Source of the DNA: Pristiophorus japonicus
Taxonomy: Eukaryota
Length of the DNA stretch: 64,000 nucleotides
Reading direction: 5' to 3'
Assembly: GCF_044704955.1 (NCBI RefSeq)
Contig: NC_091995.1
Coordinates: 11,160,001 to 11,224,000, forward strand
The notes under the pieces were generated by a model, which did no database searches, was not told where the DNA came from, and saw only the letters and a list, made by a program, of their open reading frames with translations. Position 1 is the stretch's first letter. Every line of letters starts with the position of its first letter. A program made the translations under genes and the position numbers. Of this stretch, positions 51,701 to 63,459 are shown one piece after another.

Positions 51701-53298
51701 TGAAGGCCGATAAATCCCCAGGGCCTGATGGATTGCATCCCAGAGTACTTAAGGAGGTGGCCTTGGAAATAGCGGATGCGTTGACAGTCATTTTCCATCA
51801 TTCTATTGACTCTGGATCAGTTCCTATGGAGTGGAGGGTAGCCAATGTAACCCCACATTTTAAAAAAGGAGGGAGAGAGAAAACAGGGAATTATAGATCG
51901 GTCAGCCTGACCTCAAGGTGGGTAAAATTATGGAATCAATTATTAAGGATGTCATAGCAGCGCATTTGGAAAGAGGTGACATGATAGGTCCAAGTCAGCA
52001 TGGATTTGTGAAAGGGAAATCATGCTTGACAAATCTTCTGGAATTTTTGAGGATGTTTCCAGTAGAGTGGACAAGGGAGAACCAGTTGATGTGGTATATT
52101 TCGACTTTCAGAAGGCTTTCGACAAAGTCCCACACAAGAGATTAATGTGCAAAGTTAAAGCACATGGGATTGGGGGTAGTGTGCTGACATGGATTGAGAA
52201 CTGGTTGTCAGACAGGAAGCAAAGAGTAGGAGTAAATGGGTACTTTTCAGAATGGCAGGCAGTGACTCGTGGGGTACCGCAAGGTTCTGTGCTGGTGCCC
52301 CAGCTGTTTACATTGTATATTAATGATTTAGACGAGGGGATTAAATGTAGTATCTCCAAATTTGCGGATGACACTAAGTTGGGTGGCAGTGTGAGATGCG
52401 AGGAGGATGCTGTGAGGCTGCAGAGCGACTTGGATAGGTTAGGTGAGTGGGCAAATGCATGGCAGATGAAGTATAATGTGGATAAATGTGAGGTTATCCA
52501 CTTTGGTGGTAAAAACAGAGAGACAGACTATTATCTGAATGGTGACAGATTAGGAAAAGGGGAGGTGCAACGAGACCTGGGTGTCATGGTACATCAGTCA
52601 TTGAAGGTTGGCATGCAGGTGCAGCAGGCGGTTAAGAAAGCAAATGGCATGTTGGCCTTCATAGCGAGGGGATTTGAGTATAGGGGCAGGGAGGTGTTAC
52701 TACAGTTGTACAGGGCCTTGGTAAAGCCACACCTGGAGTATTGTGTACAGTTTTGGTCTCCTTACTTGAGGAAGGACATTCTTGCTATTGAGGGAGTGCA
52801 GCGAAGGTTCACCAGACTGATTCCCGGGATGGCGAGACTGACCTATCAAGAAAGACTGGAACAACTGGCTTGTATTTTCTGGAGTTCAGAAGAATGAGAG
52901 GGGATCTCATAGAAACGTTTAAAATTCTGATGGGTTTAGACAGGTTAGATGCAGGAAGAATGTTCCCAATGTTGGGGAAGTCCCGAACCAGAGGTCACAG
53001 TCAAAGGATAAGGGGTAAGCCATTTAGGACCGAGATGAGGAGAAACTTCTTCACCCAGAGAGTGGTGAACCTGTGGAATTCTCTACCACAGAAAGTTGTT
53101 GAGGCCAATTCACTAAATATATTCAAAAAGGAGTTAGATGATGTCCTTACTACTAGGGGGATCAAGGGGTATGGCGAGAAAGCAGGAATGGGGTACTGAA
53201 GTTACATGTTCAGCCATGAACTCATTGAATGGCGGTGCAGGCTAGAAGGACCGAATGGCCTACTCCTGCACCTATTTTCTATGTTTCTATGTTTCTAT
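48701..53298 (+). mobile_element. Near full-length CR1 LINE: 5'UTR with 69-bp tandem repeats, ORF1 (~49292-50234, Cys motif + SGNH esterase), ORF2 (EN-RT, to 53199), disrupted
   Basis: GDSMVRG/HIGANDI/DGLHL esterase motifs; NARSIRNK, GITETWL, GDFN, SDHN, KFADDTKL; stop at ~51188 and frameshifts; (TTCTATGT)n tail. Confidence 0.95.
48839..49115 (+). repeat. ~4 x 69-bp tandem repeat in the CR1 5'UTR
   Basis: GTGAGGCCTATAAAGGCCCAGCGGGTGTTCCACAGGCAGCGGCAGTCGG recurs every 69 bp. Confidence 0.9.
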
Positions 53299-53899
53299 GA
53301 TTGAAAGTTAGTATGACTGGGCGACAGGAAAGCGAGCAGACAGGAGAGAAGTGCCTGCGACAGGCCGAGGGTTAAAGGAAGAACGGAGATGGAAGTCATG
53401 GTCTTGGGTGAAGCCAAAGTGTACGAGTGAATGGACACAGAGGGAAACCCAGGTTAGATCGGCAGGGCAGAGATTGGAAGAAATGTCCTTGTTGTAATGA
53501 GGGGATAATGAGTAGATTGAAACCTGAGACGGTTCTAACCCTGAGAGTGTTGTTGTGTGTTGAATGGTGACGAAGGAAGTGATCACATTACACCAGCCTC
53601 TGAGAATTCCAGTTTCTCCTGCGGGACTGTCCGTTCTCTGAGTAAAGCGGGTTTTACCCACTCTGAAGTAACAGTTTCAAACGATTTCCTCGACTGCCCC
53701 TCAAAATCAAAGCTGGACATCTTCTTGGTTTCTTGACTATTCCTTTAATCGGTCTCCGATTTTTAAACATTTATACGCCGGGCCTTATATGAACCGATGT
53801 TATTATGAATTTATTCAAGGCGCTTGGCTTGAAATACATTTTTCTGGATTCCTGGGGTTGAATGTGCCCCAGAACAGGGGAAGCTGCTTGAGCTGCTAA

Positions 53900-55290
53900 A
53901 AAGAAAGGTGTACGGGATCCTGGGCTTTATAAATAGAGGAATGCAGTACAAACACGAGGATTACATAGGATTATATACAGCACAGAAACAGACCATTCAG
54001 CCCAATCAGTCCACGCCGGCGTGTATGCTCCACTCGAGCCTCCTCCCATCTTTCCTCATCTTAATCATCAGCATAACCCTCTATTCCCTTCTCCCTCAGA
54101 TGCTTTACTGGCCTCCCCTTAAATACATCTGTACCATTCACTTCAACCATTCCCATTGGTAGTGAGTTCCACATTCTCACCACTTCCTGGGTAAAGAAGT
54201 TTCTTCTGAATTCCCGATTGGATTTCTCGGTGACTATCTTATTTATGGCCTTGTTTAGGGTCTTGTTCCCCTGTGTCGCTACGTTTAGTGATCTGTGTAT
54301 TTATACTCCAAGATCCCTTTGCTCTTCTACCTCACTTAGGAAGTTATGTTAATCCTTTATAAATCGTTCATTAGGCCTCAGCTGGAGTATTGTGTCCAAT
54401 TCTGGACACTGCACTTTAGGAAGGATGTGAATGCTGGGAGAAGGTGCTGAGGACATTTAGGAGAAAGGTCCCAGGGATGTGGGACTTCAGTTTTGTGGAG
54501 AGACTGAAGAAAATAATGTTGTACTCCATTTATACATTTAAATAGCGCCATTCACGACCAACGGACCTCCCAAAGCACTTAACAGCCAATGAAGTACATT
54601 TTGCAGTGTAGTCACTGTTATAATGTGGGAAATGCAGCAGCCCATTTGCGCACAGCAAGTTCCCCAAATAGCAATGTGATAATGACCAGATAATCTGTTT
54701 TAGTGATGTTGGTTGAAGGATACATATTGGCCAGGGCACAGCGGATATCGCCCCTACTCTTCTTCGAAATAATGCCATGGGATCTTTTCCATTCACCTGC
54801 GAGAGCAGACGTAGCCTCAGTTTAATATCTCACCTGAAAGACGGCACCTCCAACAGTGCAGAGCTCCCTTAGAGCTGAGAAGTTTATAAGGACATTTGAT
54901 AGAGGTGTTCAAAACCATGAATGCTTTTGGCAGAGTAAATAAGGATAAACTGTTTCCAGTGTCTGAAGGTCAGTAACCAGAGGACACAGATCAAAGGTGA
55001 TTGGCAAAAGAACCAGTGAGGACGATGAGAAGACAATTTTTCTACACAGCGCGTTGTTGTGATCTGGAATACACTGGCTGAAAAGGTGGTGGAGGATTGG
55101 CCGGGACACCGGGGATAACTCCCCTGCTCTTCTCCAAAGCAGTGCCGTGGGATCCTTTACATCCACCTGAATGGGCAGACGGCCTCCTTAACAGTGTAGC
55201 GCTCCCTCAGTACTGGCACTGGATTATGGACTCCCTTCTCTGGAGAGGTGCTTCAACCCACACCCTTCTGACTCAGAGTCGAGAGATGCG
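53900..55290. mobile_element. Interleaved old CR1 fragments and DeuSINEs (SINE ~54528-54870, ~55097-55280)
   Basis: CR1 RT remnants and SINE motifs. Confidence 0.65.
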
Positions 55291-56044
55291 ACACACTGAC
55301 GAGACTGCACTGTCCAGGTCACAGCGACAGCAGAAGTGTCAAGGTGGCAAGTGTGTAAATTCCAAAAGCAGCCTTCAGTACTGAGCTATTTCGGTCCGAT
55401 CAGTGAGTGATGGTGAGCTCATCGGGGCAGCTGAGCTGGAGGAGTAATGAGCGAGTGAGCTGAGTTGGCCAAGAGTAAAGCAACGTGTGGGTGGTGACGT
55501 TATGATGACTATCAGTCCCTTCCTGTTCCAAACGGAGTGTCCCCCTCTTTATTCGGATGTCTGCTCATTTTAGCCTCTGTTTTATTTTGATCTACAAGGG
55601 CTCATGATATCATCAGTCCTCATGTTTATTCCCCTTCAGTTCCCTCCTCTCCTGAAGGTGCAAATGGACAGTGGACAGGGGATGCAGAGCGGGCAGGTGT
55701 CACAGCGGACCCCTGTTGTACGCCCGGCCCCATATTCGGTTCCGTTGACTTGCGTAGATTCGAATATCGGGCCATCTGGTCTAACAGCCGGCAAGGGCAA
55801 TTCTGTCTGTTTCACCTCCCCCGCCCAATGTTCAATTTCACTCCCATGTCTCTGGCTTGAAAGACACTTCCAACAGTGGCACCTCCCCACCCAAGCAACC
55901 ATTGTTCGTGTGCGAGCCGAAACAGTGAGAGTCAGTCCATCATTCAACCGCACGGAGCACATTTTGTCCTCACCCAATGTCGAGACACACGTACAGTTCA
56001 CATCAGGGCGACAATCAGATATAAACATGAGGGTGAAGATTTTA

Positions 56045-57345
56045 TAAGAACATAAGAAATAGGAGCAGAAGTAGGCCATACGGCGCCTCAACCTTGCTCC
56101 GCCATTTAGTACGACCTTGGCTGATCCGATCATGGACTCGGGTCCACTTCGCTGCCCGCTCCTCATAACTCCTTATTCCCTTATCGGTGAAGAAACTGTC
56201 TATCTCTGTCTTAAATTTATTCAATGTCCCAGCTTCCACAGCTCTCTGAGGCAGTGAATTCCACAGATTTACTGTTATGTTCAGAATAAATCCACAGGAC
56301 TATATCGCAAGCTCAATCTGTTGTGACCTTGGTCTCTTTATTCAGGCTCCAGAGTGAGGAAGCAGCATGTTAAATCATTTTTTATACCTGCTTGCCCCAG
56401 GGTTCACAGGTGACCCTTAGATCTCCCACAGGTGTGCCCCCTAGTGGCAAGTCTTACATTTTGGTAAGGTTCACGTACATGCATAACATTTACAACCCTC
56501 TGAGAAAACAAATTTCTCCTCATCGCAGTTTTAAATGGGCGGCCCCTTGGTCTAAGATTATGCCCCCTAGTTCTAGTCTCCCCCATCAGTTGCAACATTC
56601 TCTCTGCATCCACCTTGCCAAGCCCCATCATAATCTTATACGTTTTGATAATATCACGTCTCAATCTTCTGAATTCCAATGAGTCGAGGCCCAACCTACT
56701 CAACCTTTCCTCATAAGTCATCCCCCTCATCTTCGAAATCAACCGAGTAAACCTTCTCTGAACTTTCTCCAAAGCAAGTATATCCTTTCGTAAATATGGA
56801 AACCAAAACTGCACGCAGTATTCCAGGTGTGGCCTCACCAATACCCTGTATAACTGTAGCAAGAATTCCCTGCTTTTATACACCATCCCCTTTGCAGTAA
56901 AGGCCAAGATTCCATTGGCCTTCCTGATCACTTGCTCTACCTGCATACAAACCTTTTGTGTTTTATGTACAAGTACCCCCAGATCCGGCTGTACTGCGGC
57001 ACTTTGCAATCTTTCTCCATTTAAATAATAACTTGCACTTTGATTATTTTTCTGCCAAAGTGCATGACCTTACACTTTCCAACATTATACTCCATCTGCC
57101 AAATTTTTGCCCACTCACTTAACTTGTCTATGTCCTTTTGCAGATTTTTTGTGTCCTCCTCATACATTGCTTTTCCTCCCATCTTTGTATCATCAGCAAA
57201 CTTGGCTACGTTTTACTCAGTCCCTTCTTCCAAGTCGTTAATACAACTTGTAAATAGTTGGGGTCCCAGCACTGATCCCTGTGGCACCCCACTAGTTAAT
57301 GATTGCCAACCGCAGAATGAACCATTTATCCCGACTCTGTTTTCT
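56045..57345 (-). mobile_element. CR1 RT/3' fragment with nested solo LTR
   Basis: RT C-terminal ORF 56404-57009, tail at ~56045. Confidence 0.9.
56273..56488 (-). mobile_element. Solo LTR with perfect 5-bp TSD TTTAC
   Basis: TG...CA ends; TSD at 56268-56272 and 56489-56493. Confidence 0.88.
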
Positions 57346-57379
57346 GTTTTTGGTCTTCACAATCTTTAATTGGAGGCAT

Positions 57380-58800
57380 TAGAAGACCGGGAGCCAATGT
57401 AGGTCAGCAAGCATTAGCCGTGATATGTGAATGGGTCTTGGTATTGGGTAGGATAGAGCTCGGGGAGTTTTGGATGAGTTCCAGTTTACAGAGTGTGGAA
57501 GGTGGGAGGCTGGCCAGGAGAACGTTGGAATAGTCAAGTCTAGAGGTGATGGATCAGAGATTCAGGAGCAGATGAGCTGAGGCAAGGGTGGAGATGGACG
57601 ATGTTTACGGAGGTGGAAGTTGATGGTCTTCAGGTCTTTTTGATTGAGAGAATCAGGTGTCAGAAACTCAGCTCCAATTGTAGATCGAGGTTGTTAACAA
57701 TCTGGTACAACCTAAGACACTGGCCAGGGATGGAACCAGTGGCGAGGGTACAGCGTTTGTGGCAGGGGCCGAAGGTCATTGGCTTTGGACTTCCCAATCT
57801 TTAACTGGAGGAAATTGTGCTCGATCGAGGATTGGCTGTCGGGCAAGCAATCGGACGTGACAGGGTCAGTGCATGGGTCGAGTGAGGTGATGGAGAGATA
57901 TAGCTGCTGTCACCAGCGTACAAGTGGATCCTGACGTCATGGCTTTGGATGATGTTGCTGAGTGTCAGCATGTAGATGAGGAAGAGGAAGGGACCAAGAA
58001 CAGATTCTTGGTGAACGTTGGAGGTAACAGTGCAGGGACTAGACGAGAAGCCATTGCTGGAATTGCGCTGGCTATAATTGAATAGATTAGTGTGGAATCA
58101 AGTGAAGGCAGATCCACTGAGCTGGACAATAAGTGAGAGGTGTTGAAGGAGAATGGTGTGATCGAACGTGTCAAAGGCTGCAGAGACGTCGAGGAGGATG
58201 AGGTAGAAAATGCACCAAAGTCACAATCATAAAGGATACAATTTGTGACTTTGATAAGGGCCACTTCAGTGTTGTGGTGGGGCTGAAACCTGATTGGACA
58301 GATTCAAACATGGAGTTGCAGGAAAGATGAACACGAACTTGGGAAGGAACAACATAATCAAGTGCTTTGGAGAGGGAAGGGAGGTTGGAGATATGGCGGT
58401 AAGATGGCAGGACAGAGGGGTCAAGGGCAGTTTTTTTGAGAAGAAGGTAATGGGGCAGATTTGAAAGGGAGCTGGGACAGACCCTGAGGAGGGGGACCCA
58501 TTTGCCATGTCAGCTAACGTGCGGGCCAGGATGGGAAGTTGGATGGTCAGCAGTTCAGTGAGAATGAGATCAAGGGAACAGGAGGGACAGGTGAACAGAA
58601 TGAGCTTGGAGAAAGCGGGAGGGAAGATCAGAGAGAAACATGAGAATGACGTGGGATCAGGACCAGCACGGGGTGTGCAGTGGGGGGAGCCTGAAGAATG
58701 GCTTGGCTTGACGGGGAATGGGAACAGTTCAAGAAGACATGGACAGGCTGATGGAATGGGTGGGCACCGGGCAGCTGAAATTCAACGCAGAGAAGTGAGG
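57380..58800 (-). mobile_element. Old L2-clade LINE RT region
   Basis: Degenerate ALIKVTN..., homology with the 17.3-17.9 kb and 30.1-30.8 kb fragments. Confidence 0.65.
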
Positions 58801-59206
58801 GCTGATACGTTTGGTGGGAAGAATGAGCAGAGACCATACACACTAAAAGTCCAATATTAAAGGGGCTGCAAGAGCAGAGAGATCTGGGGTCTGGAAGTAT
58901 CTCCTTTTTCTCAGGGTTCTGACCCACTGCAAACATGTTTATCAAAAGGTGTGGTCAGTGTGGGTACACTACAATCCTTTTTAAAAGGATATGACATGTT
59001 GCTGAGAGCCAGGGGGTAGGGTCATCGAGGGATTTGGGGTTAGATAGACTTGCCGAGATCTTTAACATGGTTAAGCACATATCTCCTGCATCATTCTTCA
59101 TCGACTGATGGAGTACGGGAGGAATTTCCTACAGCTGGTTCCGCAATGGGAAACTTACCAGGACCTCGCACTCTCACAGAGACAACCCAGGCCTTGTAAA
59201 ATTACA

Positions 59207-59381
59207 CAGATTCCCGATCACTGATCCCTTTCTCAGATTCCCAATCACTGATCCCACTCTCAGATTCCCAATCACTGATCCCACTCTCAGATTCCCAATC
59301 ACTGATCCCACTCTCAGATTCCCAATCACTGATCCCACTCTCAGATTCCCAATCACTGATCCCACTCTCAGATTCCCAATC
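59207..59381. repeat. 27-bp minisatellite (~6.5 x AGATTCCCAATCACTGATCCCACTCTC)
   Basis: Direct inspection. Confidence 0.95.
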
Positions 59382-59519
59382 TACTGGTACTCTATCTGAA
59401 TTGCAGGTTTGTAAACTTGTAAAATTCCTTCCCTCATCTGGAATCATTTCCCATGGAAAGCACTGAACAGAAACCAATGGGCAATACTCAGAAAGATTCA
59501 TTTCATGTCATTGAAATAT

Positions 59520-59620
59520 TTTATTTATTCCCGTCCATCAGCTCAGCAGTAAATAATCATATAAATAAATAACATAAATAAATAATATAAATACATCAAA
59601 TAATAAATATATTTAAATAA
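59520..59620 (-). promoter_or_regulatory. Copy C 3'UTR AU-rich element cluster plus AATAAA (59520-59529)
   Basis: Overlapping ATTTA repeats homologous to copy B. Confidence 0.8.
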
Positions 59621-60491
59621 TAAGTTAAAGCCACCAGAATTATCCTGAACATGACACTATCCACTGAATTTATGCGACTGAAAGACATCTTTTAAACAGA
59701 TATCATATATTTACATGAAACAAATATTTTTGTCAATCTCTGCAATTAATATTCAAAGTCGAACATTCATGGTTCTTTCTTATGGGATGATTTCGGTAGT
59801 GCTTGTTGAATAATTGAATAAGTGTCGACCAATCACGCTCTAGAACAGTAGCATCCCAGCAAAAGACAACCAATTGCTTTGTAGAGGTGGAAAGCCAGTT
59901 GACTGCTGGGAGCTTGGCTGGCCATCATCACCAGACAGAAAGCTCAGGGTCTTTCCATGAACACCATCACTGAAGGTCCACGGAGACACTGGAGAAATAT
60001 TGGAACACAAATAGATGGCAGGGCAGAGCCCATACTCTTCAAAGACCAATAACTGGTCACACGGGCTAACCAGTCTGAATATCAGACCTGATACCCCACT
60101 TGCTCGCTCTTGGGATTGTCTAATTACTCTCTCCCAGAGGAGTACCAGTTGAAATAACATTACTAACAATAAATACTGATTAAATATGAATTAAATTAAG
60201 GAGATGCACAGACTCCCTCCAATCAGTAATGATCTGTGCTTCATTTGAACTGGACTGGCAGAGATGAAAGGTCAGTGTGATAACCCTCCACACTACTCAA
60301 TCCTCCAACCTCAATACATTTTATATTTTCTGTCTCTACAAATGTTTAAATAAAATGGTGGAGAGATTAGTCCCTTTGTCCACTTAGTGCCGGATAGGAC
60401 AATGTGCCCTGAACAGTTCCCACTGTATTTCAGTTTGAAATTCTCCATCAGTCATTGTTGTTGGCCATTCGCTGGAAGTAACTCGGGCTCC

Positions 60492-60904
60492 TCACAAAGC
60501 GAATATTCCAAAGAAGCTCTTTCCTTGGGAGGCGTCCACATATCCCACAGCCTTCTCACTCACCCTGGAGAAGATCTGATCTCCCGCATCAAACTCAAAG
60601 ACAGCTCCCTGGTAGGAGGTCTTGTACCAGGTTTCTGCGCGTGGACCATATTGGCAGGCGGACTTGGTGGCTTTCAGGAGCAAGAATTCCTTCGGATAGC
60701 TCGGTGAGAGCTTGGTGAGTTCATGGCTCAGGAAGATGCTGTTGCCCTGGCAGTCCCCGCTATAGAAGACCACCTGGGTGTAGACAAAGTACTGACCGGG
60801 GGTCTTGATGATGAAACGGTTGTCCCTGAACTCCAGCCCCTCGACAAAGGTGGAATCTGCCTCATCCTGCCAAATCACCTTCTCTCCTTTTAAGGTTTGT
60901 GAAG
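60492..60904 (-). CDS. TNF: TNF copy C exon 4 (THD)
   Basis: ASQTLKGEKVIWQDEADS...FFGIFAL*. Confidence 0.92.
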
Positions 60905-63041
60905 CTGAAGGAAAAGAGAGAGGAAACAACATAAGGATGGAATAAAGAGAAGAATTGCATTTATATAACGTCTTTCACAACCACAAGTAATTCCTCAGTG
61001 CTTCACAGCCAATGAAGTACTTTTGGAGTGTCGCCACAGTTGTAACGTGGGATTTGCGACACAGCAAGCTCCCACATACAGCAATGTGATAATGGCCAGA
61101 CCATCTGTTTTAGTGACAATGATTGAGGGATGTATATTGGCCAGGACTGATTACTATCCAGTGAATCTTGTGCCATGTGAGAACAAGATTGGGTTTGGGG
61201 CATATACTCACTGCAATTAAATAGCCCACTGCCACTCTCAGCTCACACATCTAGAATGACCACTTCAGTGAAGCATTGAGCTCTCCTGCCACAGGGGAAA
61301 TCATAGAATGATACAGCACAGAAGGAGGCCATTTGGCCCATCATGCCAGTGCCGGGTCTTGGGTCGAGCTATCCAATTTCTCCCACTGCCCCTGCTTTTC
61401 CTCCACAGACCTGCAAATGTTTCCTGTGCTACAGTGGGAGTGGCTACCTTCAGGGCACAGAGTTATTAATACCGTTAAGAATAGCCTCTTACCTGTCAGG
61501 TGAGCTGCCATTTTCCCCCTCGGGTCGTTACCCAACTGCTTCATCAGACGAGGCAGACCTGGAAAAGAAAAGCCGGACTCTCAGTTGCTATCGGGATATA
61601 CATGGACCGAAAATGACTGATAACGGGAGAGAGAGAGAGAGGGAGAGAGAGAGAGATTGAAAGAGAGAGAGATTGATAGAGAGTGAGAGACAGATAGAGA
61701 TAGATAGAGAGACAGTGAGATCAATATATAGAGAGGGGGAGAAATCTAGAGAGAGAGAGATGAAGAGGGGTATTGATAGGGAGATTGATAGAGAGAGAGA
61801 TTGATAGAGTGAGAGAGATTGAGAGTGAAAGAGAGATAATGATGGATAGATAGTGTGATTGATAGAGAGATTGAAAGATAGTGAGAGAGATGGAGAGAGA
61901 GAGATCGATAGAGACAGACAGAAATACATAGATAATGAGATTCATAGTGACAGATGGAGAGAGTGAGATAGAGAGAGAGACAGAGGTAGAGAGGTAGAGC
62001 GAGAGAAAGGGAGATAATGATAGAGATTGATAGATATATAGAGTTTGAGAGAGAGGATGATGGAGAGACCATGAGATGTACTGAGGGAGAGATACAGAGA
62101 AAGAGAGAGATGGTGATAGAGGGTGATAGGGAGCGATTGATAGAGAGAGAGATCGGGATAGATTGATAGAGACAGATGTTGTTAGAGAGAGAGATTAATA
62201 CAGAGATTGATAGTGAGAGAGAGATTGACAGAGAGAGAGGTTGATAGACACATTGTTAGCGAGAGAGATCGGTGGAGGAGATGGACAGAGATTGTCAGAG
62301 AGCACTCACCACTGTTAACAGCGACTTTTGCCAGAGGCGAATGATTCCCTGAATCCTGTAATCGGGCTGTTTCCTTCAGAAATAAAACAAGGAAAGAGAT
62401 TAAAATGTGAAATTCGCCCCAACTTTCCATGAAACACACCGCGACCCTCTGTACAAAGGTTCAGGCCGGATCTGCCGGCAGCTTATGTGCATTACACAGA
62501 GACACAGGGCGACCCAGACCCTGACTGACTCTCACACTCCGGACTGACAGCAGACAGAGGCTTTGTCAGACAGTGAACTGCTGCTCACTAACTCGCTGGG
62601 CTAAAGCTGGATAAAATGCAGCATTGGTGACTGAGTCGCTGCATCTCTCCGATATAGAGCCGCCGAGATGTGGACAGCAGCAAAAGGCAACACCTGGATT
62701 GACTGGGTGAACACAGATTGTGGCTTCACAGGAGGCGGAGCAGCTCAGGCAAACACTGCCATAACCCCACAGCTTCACAGCACACTTGGAGAAGCCTCTC
62801 CCAGGGCTGAGAGCAGTCGAGTAAAGGCAACAAGAGACCACTTGCTCTGGCGTTTCCAACATACCTGGTTTGAAGGTAGAACTCCCAGCTGACAGAGTAA
62901 CAGGTAGGAAGATACAGCCAGCAAGCCCAGAACAGCCACCGCACACAGAGACTGCCAGAAACAGTTCCTCTTGGAGTCTGCCCGCCTGCCGACAGCCTCT
63001 CCTCCATTCTCAAGGTCCAGCGGCATCTTCTCAACACTCAT
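60492..63041 (-). CDS. TNF: TNF-alpha-like ligand, copy C (exons 63041-62865, 62373-62310, 61558-61493, 60904-60492; 239 aa)
   Basis: Same exon sizes as copy B, intact frame, GT-AG introns; 7 aa differences from B in exon 4. Confidence 0.88.
61493..61558 (-). CDS. TNF: TNF copy C exon 3
   Basis: LPRLMKQLGNDPRGKMAAHLT, AG/GT boundaries. Confidence 0.85.
61625..62300. repeat. GA/GATA low-complexity repeat, copy C intron 2
   Basis: Direct inspection. Confidence 0.9.
62310..62373 (-). CDS. TNF: TNF copy C exon 2
   Basis: ETARLQDSGNHSPLAKVAVNS, AG/GT boundaries. Confidence 0.78.
62865..63041 (-). CDS. TNF: TNF copy C exon 1
   Basis: MSVEKMPLDLENGG...PSNQ, donor CAG|GTATGT. Confidence 0.85.
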
Positions 63042-63143
63042 GGTCTCAGGGGTCAGTCGCGGCTGTGTCAGGAGCAGATGTGTATCTCCTCTCTCTCAGC
63101 TCTCTGAGTGCTTTGTGTGTCTGCTGTAGCTCCACACCAGCTC

Positions 63144-63355
63144 TATATAAAGATCAGCCCAGCACCACCCGCAACTCTGATGTAATGGGGCAGGAAATCC
63201 CCAACACCAAGCGATTGGAAGAAAGACACAAGTTTTCCTGAGCCGAAAGTAACAATGATGTGAGGTTGCAACTCCCGAACTTTCACTGTGTCCGTTTTCC
63301 AAAGTTCAACTAAAACGTTAAACTAAACCAAAAGTGGACACGAAACTCCGCCCCA
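63144..63355 (-). promoter_or_regulatory. Copy C proximal promoter: TATA-like (63144-63151), NF-kB GGGGATTTCC (63193-63202), GC box (63348-63353)
   Basis: Same motifs and near-identical spacing as copy B. Confidence 0.7.
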
Positions 63356-63459
63356 TCTAAATGTATTTTCACTGTACGGCAAACATGAACGAGTTGAAAC
63401 AAGCAGGAAGCTTGTAAAGAGATTAAAAACCACGGAAACACGAAAGAACTGTCATGTCT

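Noticed and set aside
55604-56166. Overlapping 147/176-aa ORFs, one Cys-rich
   Set aside because: The minus ORF starts within a CR1 tail, and no domain or supported exon structure is recognisable.
37302-63041. B and C as a false haplotype duplication
   Set aside because: They differ by many substitutions and indels and have unrelated outer flanks; true paralogy is more likely, though long reads would be decisive.
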